A DNA stretch of 30,423 nucleotides from positions 1 to 30,423 of the forward strand of contig JAQBXG010000001.1 in assembly GCA_027625125.1 (NCBI GenBank), written 5' to 3'. The notes beneath the pieces are model-generated. The model was not told where the DNA came from. It did not search any database and saw only the letters and a program-made list of their open reading frames with translations. This stretch comes from Pseudomonadota bacterium (GTDB taxonomy: Bacteria; Pseudomonadota; Alphaproteobacteria; UBA2966; CAIVPW01). Made by a program: the position numbers and the translations under genes. Shown piece after piece: positions 17,544 to 24,493 of the stretch. Every line of letters begins with the position of its first letter. The stretch's first letter is position 1.

Positions 17544-19176
17544 TGAGCGCATGACTGGGCAGCGGCTTCGCGTCTGGCGCCGGATATGGGACTGGATCGT
17601 CCGGATGACGCCGGAGCGGCAATTCCTGTATCGCAGCCAAGGGGTCGTTCGCGTCCTCAACGTGGGCCGCAAGGCCCAGATCGGCGCCACCGCCGGCCTT
17701 GTCGTTCTGTTCGCCTGGATGACCTTCAGCACCGTCCAGGTAGTTCTCCGCGACCAGATCATCGACGCGAAAGACAATCGCATCGCCCAGGTCACGAGGG
17801 CCTACAATCTGCTCGAGCGGCGTGCGCAGCAGGCCGAAGACCGCTTTCGCGCCATCACCGGCGAACTCGAAACCCAGCACGCGCAACTGGTCGAGCTTCT
17901 CGCCCATCGCTCCCGCATCGAATCGCAACTGGAGCAGGTTCGCGGCGTACTCGACGCGACGGTCGGCGAGCGCGACGAGGCCCGGCTCGAAAACAACGAC
18001 CTGCGCAATCGCGTCGAGCAGCTTGGCGCCGACCTGATCAACGCCGGCGCCACCAACCGCACGCTGGCGCAGTCGCTGGCCGACGCCGAGCACGAAATCT
18101 TCGGGCTCGTCGCCCAGCGTGACCAGGCTATCGAAACGCAGCGCAATCTGACCCGACAGGTCGCCGAACTCACCGACACCATGCGCGAGGCGGGCGGGAT
18201 CGAGCGACGCCTCACCGGGGAACTCGGCGACACCTGGGACCAGCTGGCGGTCGTCACCAGCGAGCGCGACGAGGCCGTGGTGCGCAGCACGCAACTCGAC
18301 GAACAGATCGCCGCCCTCACCGACCGCCTCGAAACCGCGGCGCGGCGCAACAACGCGCTGGCCGAAGACGTCGCGGCGACCGGCCAGATGGCGGCCGCGC
18401 TCCAACTCGAGCGGGAAGAAGCCCTGCGTTCCCGGGACTTCCTCGCCAGTCTTGTTGACGAACTGGAATACCGTCTCGCCGATCTGAAGGATTCCCAGGG
18501 CGACATGATCCTGCGTCTGCAGGAGAGCGCGACCGCAAGCGCGACTGCGGTGGCCGAAGTCGTGGAAATGACCGGACTGCCGGTTGAAGCCCTGCTCGCC
18601 GGCGATCTTCCCGGCGGACCGCCTGGGCAGGGCGGCCCGGTCATGCACGTCGGCGGCGGCATCCTCGATAACGATCAGGCGATATTCCTCGACGCCGTCA
18701 GCGCCGTCGAGGCGGAGCTGGATCGTTGGCAATCGCTCGAAAGCCTGTTGGCGATCCTGCCGCTGGTCGCCCCTGCCGACAACTATTACATCTCCAGCAC
18801 GTTCGGAGAGCGCCGCGACCCGTTCACCCGCCGCCTGGGGATGCACTACGGCCTCGACATGGCCGGCCCGTTCGATTCCGACCTGCGCGCGCCGGCGCCG
18901 GGAATCGTGACCCGCGCCGGTTATTGGGGCGCCTACGGCCGCATGATCGAAATCGACCATGGCCGCGGCATCGTTACCCGCTATGGCCATATGAACAAGA
19001 TCGCCGTCGAAAAGGGGCAATGGATCGAGTTTCGCGACAAGATCGGAACGATGGGCCGCAGCGGCCGGGCAACTGGCTCCCATGTCCACTTCGAAGTATT
19101 GTTCAACGGAGAACCGGTCGATCCCGCCAACTTCCTGAAGGCAGGTCAGTATGTTTTCAAAGTCAACGGAGAATAA
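17539..19176 (+). CDS. lmdC: LmdC-like membrane-anchored M23 endopeptidase (DUF5930-type N-terminus, TM, long coiled coil, M23 domain), ~545 aa
   Basis: PERQFLYRSQG N-terminal motif, TM ATAGLVVLFAWMTFSTV, HYGLD (HXXXD), TGSHVHFEV (HXH), and a KAGQYVFK end overlapping a bactofilin start. Start uncertain: 17539, 17551, or TTG 17401 through the repeat. Confidence 0.88.
   Translation: MTERMTGQRLRVWRRIWDWIVRMTPERQFLYRSQGVVRVLNVGRKAQIGATAGLVVLFAWMTFSTVQVVLRDQIIDAKDNRIAQVTRAYNLLERRAQQAEDRFRAITGELETQHAQLVELLAHRSRIESQLEQVRGVLDATVGERDEARLENNDLRNRVEQLGADLINAGATNRTLAQSLADAEHEIFGLVAQRDQAIETQRNLTRQVAELTDTMREAGGIERRLTGELGDTWDQLAVVTSERDEAVVRSTQLDEQIAALTDRLETAARRNNALAEDVAATGQMAAALQLEREEALRSRDFLASLVDELEYRLADLKDSQGDMILRLQESATASATAVAEVVEMTGLPVEALLAGDLPGGPPGQGGPVMHVGGGILDNDQAIFLDAVSAVEAELDRWQSLESLLAILPLVAPADNYYISSTFGERRDPFTRRLGMHYGLDMAGPFDSDLRAPAPGIVTRAGYWGAYGRMIEIDHGRGIVTRYGHMNKIAVEKGQWIEFRDKIGTMGRSGRATGSHVHFEVLFNGEPVDPANFLKAGQYVFKVNGE
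17968..18408 (+). repeat. Three exact-period 49-aa (147-nt, 7-heptad) coiled-coil repeats, with a fourth starting at 18409
   Basis: ERDEA at 17968, QRDQA at 18115, ERDEA at 18262, EREEA at 18409. The 15-mer GAGCGCGACGAGGCC is identical at 17968 and 18262. Confidence 0.85.
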
Positions 19177-19606
19177 GGGGCAGGATATGGCACGCCCTGG
19201 GACGTCCCCGAGCGGTGCCCGCGCAGCGCCGTCCATCATCAGCACGAATCTGCATATCGTCGGTAATCTGAAGACCGAAGGCGAGATTCAGGTCGACGGC
19301 ACGATCGAAGGCGATGTCGCCGCCCAGACGTTGACGATCGGCAGCCACGCCCGGATTTCCGGCGAACTGGTGGCCGAGGAAGTGGTCGTCCACGGCCAGA
19401 TCAACGGCAAGGTCACCGCGCGTTCGGTCAAGCTGGCGAAAACCGCAAAGGTCATCGGCGACATCGTCCACGAGGTACTGGCGATCGAGGCCGGCGCCCA
19501 TATCGAAGGCCAGTTGCGCCGCCTCGAGGAAGCCAAGTCCCGCAAGCCCGGGGCGGCCGAAGGCCCAAAGCTCGCGGCGGCCGCGCCGGCCCAGGCCGCC
19601 GGCTGA
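19151..19606 (+). CDS. bacA: Bactofilin (polymer-forming cytoskeletal protein), 151 aa
   Basis: N-terminal MFSK membrane-targeting peptide; beta-helical core PSIIS...IVGNL...IQVDGTIEGDV...LAIEAGAHIEG; 26-nt overlap with the M23 gene. Confidence 0.93.
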   Translation: MFSKSTENKGQDMARPGTSPSGARAAPSIISTNLHIVGNLKTEGEIQVDGTIEGDVAAQTLTIGSHARISGELVAEEVVVHGQINGKVTARSVKLAKTAKVIGDIVHEVLAIEAGAHIEGQLRRLEEAKSRKPGAAEGPKLAAAAPAQAAG

Positions 19607-19618
19607 ACCCGGCCAGGA

Positions 19619-19638
19619 ACGGCGCGGCGGTGCGCCGT
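19619..19638. terminator. Hairpin between bactofilin and the oxygenase gene
   Basis: ACGGCGC (19619-19625) / GCGCCGT (19632-19638). No U-tract, so it may be a stabiliser rather than a terminator. Confidence 0.35.
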
Positions 19639-19652
19639 ATGGTGATGCGGCC

Positions 19653-20201
19653 ATGCAGTCGATGTTCTCGATTCCCCTCTACCGGTTCGCGGTCCCGGGC
19701 TGGCCGTCGAAAAAGGCGCGGATTCTTGCCGCGTTGCCGGAGATCACCGACAAGCATCGCTCCCCGGCCGGCGACACGTTCACCGACTTTTTCCTGAACA
19801 ACGAAGGCACGGCGCTGCCGGCCTACAAGGATGTCGTCGTCGCGGCGATTTCCGATTGTCTCGACGAGTTCCAGCAGGACTATCCGGCCGAGGTCGATCT
19901 GTCGGCGATGTGGTTCGAACGCTCGCTGCGGTCCAACTACCACGGCGCCCACAATCACGGCTCGCTCGGGTTCTCGGCGGTACTGTTCGTCGAATTCGAC
20001 GCCGTCGAGCACCGGCCGACGCGGTTCATCTCGCCGTTCATGGGTTTCTACGCCGGCGGCCTGATCGAATACCGGCCGGAGGCGGTCAGCGAAGGGACCT
20101 TGCTGATGTTTCCCGCCATCGTGCTGCACGAGGTCGAGCCGAACCAGTCCGACAAGGCCCGCACGATCATTTCGTTCAACGTCCGCGGCGCCCGGCAGTA
20201 G
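19653..20201 (+). CDS. Putative 2OG-Fe(II) oxygenase (TIGR02466-like), 182 aa
   Basis: HGAHNHG (HXH), FSAVLFVEF, EGTLLMFPAIVLHEVEPN, RTIISFNV (distal His and 2OG-binding Arg). GGTGAT SD-like sequence upstream. Confidence 0.8.
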   Translation: MQSMFSIPLYRFAVPGWPSKKARILAALPEITDKHRSPAGDTFTDFFLNNEGTALPAYKDVVVAAISDCLDEFQQDYPAEVDLSAMWFERSLRSNYHGAHNHGSLGFSAVLFVEFDAVEHRPTRFISPFMGFYAGGLIEYRPEAVSEGTLLMFPAIVLHEVEPNQSDKARTIISFNVRGARQ

Positions 20202-20212
20202 GCGCGGCCCTG

Positions 20213-20280
20213 GTGGTACCAATCCAGCGCTTGGTGGCACGAGCTCGTCGGTTGATGGATCCAAAGGATCCAGGCAACTG
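20213..20280. terminator. Two tandem hairpins between the convergent oxygenase and prfB genes
   Basis: GTGGTACCAA/TTGGTGGCAC (20213-20240) and CGGTTG-A-TGGATCC-AAA-GGATCCA-GG-CAACTG (20249-20280). Confidence 0.5.
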
Positions 20281-20286
20281 AAGACG

Positions 20287-21391
20287 TTATGCCGTCTCAA
20301 TGCGCGCGGCCAGCGCCGCACGCATGAACGGGTCCAGTTCGCCGTCCAGCACGGCGGCGGTATTGCCGGTCTCGACCCCGGTGCGGGTGTCCTTCACCAT
20401 CTGGTACGGGTGCAGCACATAGCTGCGGATCTGGTGCCCCCAGCCGATATCGGTCTTGGCCTCATGAGCGGCCTGGCGTTCCGCGTCGCGGCGTTCCAGT
20501 TCGCGCTGATAGAGGCGCGCCCGCAGCATCGCCATCGCCGCGGCGCGGTTCTTGTGTTGTGAGCGGTCGGACTGGCATTGGACGACGATCTCTGTCGGCA
20601 AATGGGTGATCCGCACAGCGCTGTCGGTGCGGTTGACGTGCTGACCGCCGGCGCCCGAGGCGCGATAGGTATCGATCCGCAGGTCCTTTTCCTCGATATC
20701 GATGTCGATGTCCTCGTCGATGACCGGATACACCCAGACGCTGGCGAAGCTCGTGTGCCGCCGCGCCGACGAATCGAACGGCGAAATTCGCACCAGCCGA
20801 TGCACGCCGCTTTCGGTCTTCAGCCAGCCATAGGCGTTGCGGCCGCTGATTCGCATCGTCGTTGATTTGATCCCGGCCTCTTCGCCAGGCGTTTCCTGTT
20901 CCCAGGCGGTGTCGTAGCCGGTGCGTTCGGCCCAGCGCGCATACATGCGCGCCAGCATCTCGGCCCAATCCTGGGATTCGGTGCCGCCGGCGCCGGCATG
21001 CACCTCCAGCCAGGCGTCGTTCGCATCCGCCTCGCCGGACAACAGGCTCTCCAGACGACGGCGTGCGGCGACTTCGCGCAGCTTGGCGAGTTCCGCGTCG
21101 GCGTCGGCCAATGCCGCGTCGTCGCCTTCCTCCTCGGCCAGCTCCGCCAGCGTCACCGCATCCTCAAGCTGCTGCCGCAGTTCCTGATACTCGGCCAGCG
21201 CGTTTTCGAGATGGGTTCGTTCGCGCATCACCGCCTGGGCGCGTTCGGAGTCCGACCACAGGTCGGGGGCTTCGGCGGCGGCGTTGAGTTCCGTCAGGCG
21301 GTTGCGGGACGCATCGACGTCAAAGATGCCTCCTCAGGAGTTCAATCGACTCCTCGATATCCTTGACGATTTGGTGGGCTTCGGCGCGCAC
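20287..21391 (-). CDS. prfB: Peptide chain release factor 2, ~367 aa, via +1 programmed frameshift: join(21391-21323, 21321-20287)
   Basis: GTG 21391 gives [23 protein letters not shown], then CTT TGA C; the +1 frame continues [12 protein letters not shown]... into the track's 314-aa ORF carrying SPF and GGQ motifs. Confidence 0.97.
21319..21334 (-). promoter_or_regulatory. RF2 autoregulatory +1 frameshift cassette
   Basis: Minus strand AGGAGG-CAT-CTT-TGA-C: internal SD, 3-nt spacer, slippery codon, weak stop. This is the canonical prfB arrangement. Confidence 0.96.
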
Positions 21392-21423
21392 CGCGACTCA
21401 ATGCCAGCAGCGCCGCCGCCGCG

Positions 21424-24390
21424 TCAAGCCCGGTCTGACGCGTCCGGCGCCGGTCCGCGGTTCTCCAATGCGTCGCGCACGGCCCGCGCCAGCCCCTCCA
21501 TCCGGAACGGCTTGAACAGGATGGCAAAGCGTTCGGTGTCGACCCCGGCGGCCCGCGCCGCCGCATCGGAATACGCGGTCACGAACAACACCCGGACCTC
21601 CGGATAGCGGGCGTCGATCTCGGCCACCAGGGCAGGACCGTTGATCTCGCCGCCCAACCCGACATCGGCCAGGATCAGGTCCGGCAGTTGGCGCTCGATT
21701 TGTTCCCGGGCCGACTCGGCATCCACCGCCTCCGCCACCCGGTACCCCAACCCGGTCAACATATGGGCCGTCAGCTGCCGCACTTCGCCGTCGTCCTCTA
21801 CCAGCAGCACGTGCTCGCCCGCGCCGGCGGCGATGTCGTAGCGCACCGGCGCCTCGGCCGCTTCCGGCGTCCGCTCGTCGCGGGGCAGCAACATCGTTAC
21901 CGACGTGCCCACCCCTTCCTCGCTGGCGACCTTGACGTGGCCCCCCGACTGGTTGACGAACCCGTACACCATCGACAGCCCCAGGCCGCTGCCCTTGCCG
22001 ATGTCCTTGGTCGTGAAAAACGGGTCGAACGCCTTTCGCAGCACCTCGGGCGCCATGCCGCAGCCGCCATCCTGCACCACAAGGCGCACGTACTGTCCCG
22101 GCGCCGGCCCCCCGTGTTCGCCTTCGTCTTCGTCCTCGGCGTCGACGGTCCGGTTCTGGGCCCGAAACGCAAGGACACCGCCGTCCGGCATCGCATCGCG
22201 GGCGTTGATCGCCAGATTCAGGATCGCGTTCTCGAGTTGCCCGGGGTCCACCGAAACGACCCAAAGATCGTCGTCGATCGCCATGTCGATATGGATATCG
22301 TCCCCAAGCGACATTGAAATAAGCCCGTACAACTCGTTCATCAGCTCCGCCAGCCGCACCGGCTTCGGAGTCAATGCCTGTTGCCGCGAATAGGCCAACA
22401 GCCGGTGGGTCAGCTCGGCGCCGCGATGGGTCGCCAGCAGGATCGACCAGACCGGATGGGAGTCGTTGCTGGAATCGACATCCAGCAGTTCGGCGTTGCC
22501 CTGGATGACCGCCAGCAGATTATTGAAATCGTGGGCGACGCCGCCGGTCAACTCGCCGATCGCCTCCAGTTTTTGCGCCTGCCGCAGTTTCGATTCGGTC
22601 TGGCGCAACTCCTCTTCCGCCGCCTTGCGGGCGGTGATGTTGCGGACGGTGCCCGACACCCCCGCCATGCCGCCATCGCTGTCGCGCAACAATCGGACGT
22701 TGGTCGACACCCACACCGTCGAGCCGTCCGGGCGCCGCAATTCGGCCTCGAAATCGCGCACCGTTTCCGATTGCGCCAACATCTCCAGCAATCGCTCGCG
22801 CTCGCGGGGGTCCACGTACCAGTCCGCAACCTTCACGCCGACGACTTTCGCCGGATCGGCTCCCATCAGGTCGCGCACCGCCGGGGACACAAACGCGATC
22901 CGCCCGTCCGCGTCCGCCTCGTAATACACGTCGGTCATGTTTTCGATGATCGAGCGGTACCGCCTTTCGCTGTCGCGCAGCGCATTGCGGTCGGCTTCTG
23001 ACTGCGTGATGTCCTGCACGGTGCCCAACAGCCGGATCGCCACATCGTCGTCGCCTGTTTCCACCTGCAATGCGGTCCTGACGATGACGCTCGAATTGTC
23101 CTTTCGCACGACGGTATGTTCCAGTTCGCGACCCTTCCGGTCGGCGATCGTCGCCGCGATCGCCTCCTCGACGCGCGGGCGATCCTCCGCCAAGACCTGC
23201 CGAACGAACAACTCCGCGCTCGGCTCGACCGAACCGGGGTCGTGGCCGAATATGCGCATGGCCTCGTCCGACCAGCGCATTTCACCGCTCTCCAGATCCC
23301 ATTCCCAACTGCCCAGATGCGCGACGCGCTGCGCCTCGGCCAACCGGCGCTCGCTGGTCGCCAATTCCTGCGTGCGGTCCAGTACGCGTTGCTCCAGCGT
23401 CGCGCCCAGTTTTCGAATCCGCGCCTCCGCCCTGGTGCGGTCGGTCAGGTCCTGCATCGTCCCCTCGATCCAGGTCGTCGCCCCGGAGGCGCTGTGGATC
23501 GAGCGACCGATCAGCCGCAACCAGCGTTCCTCGCCCGGCGCCGGATGCACGCGGAACTCGACATCGACCTCCTTGCCCGCGCCCAGTCGCCGCATCGCGG
23601 TTTCCCAGGCCTCGACATCGGCGGCATCGATCTTTCGGCGTTGCGCTTCGATTGACGGCGGCCCGGCGGCGGGATCAAACCCGAACAGGCGGTACCATTC
23701 GTCCGAATACTGGGTCGATCCGTCTTGCGGCCGGATCACAAATCCGCCGATCGACGCCAACCGCTGCGTCACATTCAGGCGGCCGCGCGAGGTGATGGCG
23801 TCCCGCAGCGATGGGAAATAGCGGTTCTCGATCGTCACCAGCGTCCCGACATAAATGGCGATCATCGCCGCGACGATGGCCGACGTTTCCGATTCCGAAC
23901 GCCACAGGAACATCCCCGCGATCGGCACCATGTCGAGGGCGAGAAACGCGAAGTACGCAGGCCGCCAGGCGGCGTAGGCCGTAAGCGCCGCGGTCGCCAT
24001 GCCGCCCAGCACGAACAACAGGAAAATCTGCAATTCGTAGTGGCCGGCGACAAAGAACAACACGCTGGCCGCGCCCCACGCAGCACCGCCGGCGATTGCG
24101 AACGCCATATGCACTCGCGTCCGCCGCCGCACCGCCGGCCCGCCATCGTCCACCAGCCGCGAGCCGGTCAGCACCGCGACACGCAGCGCCACCAGCCCCA
24201 GCACGACCGTCAGCCAGCCGGCCAGGACCGGGGTCGGGACAAACCCGTGGAACGCCACCGCCAACAGAATGGCGACCGCTGCCGTGCCCAGATTCGCGGG
24301 CAGCAGATTCCGTTCCAGGAACCGCAGCAGGTCGTATTGTTCGGTGGCGGCCAGTTGGCGGATGGCCGATGTGCGTTGAAAGATCGCCAT
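21424..24390 (-). CDS. Membrane-bound hybrid sensor histidine kinase (multi-TM, 3 PAS, HisKA, HATPase, REC), 988 aa
   Basis: About 6 hydrophobic helices; PAS repeats (GSWEWD..., QDIT, RNITARK); H-box GGVAHDFNNLL; N-box ENAILNLAINARDAM; DGGCGM, FFTTK, GSGLGLS; receiver VLLVEDD...LILADV...FKPF. Confidence 0.93.
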   Translation of the reverse strand: MAIFQRTSAIRQLAATEQYDLLRFLERNLLPANLGTAAVAILLAVAFHGFVPTPVLAGWLTVVLGLVALRVAVLTGSRLVDDGGPAVRRRTRVHMAFAIAGGAAWGAASVLFFVAGHYELQIFLLFVLGGMATAALTAYAAWRPAYFAFLALDMVPIAGMFLWRSESETSAIVAAMIAIYVGTLVTIENRYFPSLRDAITSRGRLNVTQRLASIGGFVIRPQDGSTQYSDEWYRLFGFDPAAGPPSIEAQRRKIDAADVEAWETAMRRLGAGKEVDVEFRVHPAPGEERWLRLIGRSIHSASGATTWIEGTMQDLTDRTRAEARIRKLGATLEQRVLDRTQELATSERRLAEAQRVAHLGSWEWDLESGEMRWSDEAMRIFGHDPGSVEPSAELFVRQVLAEDRPRVEEAIAATIADRKGRELEHTVVRKDNSSVIVRTALQVETGDDDVAIRLLGTVQDITQSEADRNALRDSERRYRSIIENMTDVYYEADADGRIAFVSPAVRDLMGADPAKVVGVKVADWYVDPRERERLLEMLAQSETVRDFEAELRRPDGSTVWVSTNVRLLRDSDGGMAGVSGTVRNITARKAAEEELRQTESKLRQAQKLEAIGELTGGVAHDFNNLLAVIQGNAELLDVDSSNDSHPVWSILLATHRGAELTHRLLAYSRQQALTPKPVRLAELMNELYGLISMSLGDDIHIDMAIDDDLWVVSVDPGQLENAILNLAINARDAMPDGGVLAFRAQNRTVDAEDEDEGEHGGPAPGQYVRLVVQDGGCGMAPEVLRKAFDPFFTTKDIGKGSGLGLSMVYGFVNQSGGHVKVASEEGVGTSVTMLLPRDERTPEAAEAPVRYDIAAGAGEHVLLVEDDGEVRQLTAHMLTGLGYRVAEAVDAESAREQIERQLPDLILADVGLGGEINGPALVAEIDARYPEVRVLFVTAYSDAAARAAGVDTERFAILFKPFRMEGLARAVRDALENRGPAPDASDRA

Positions 24391-24493
24391 CTCGTCGCGG
24401 TTTGCTCGGGCGGGCGGCGCAGTATGCCACAGCGGCCCCGCCGGCGCGGAATCTGTGTGTATCAGCCGTATTTGGGGCGGTAAACAGCCGGCG

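Noticed and set aside
17350-19245. 631-aa minus-strand ORF spanning the repeat and M23 gene
   Set aside because: Antisense shadow frame with no recognisable domain. The same applies to 839-2089, 9582-12299, 14739-16463 and 25931-27409.
20215-20271. Vector multiple-cloning-site contamination (KpnI, SacI, two BamHI sites)
   Set aside because: Spacing matches no polylinker I recognise, the BamHI pair is the two arms of one hairpin, and the flanks are native genes.
20287-21391. prfB as a pseudogene
   Set aside because: The break is the canonical programmed frameshift.
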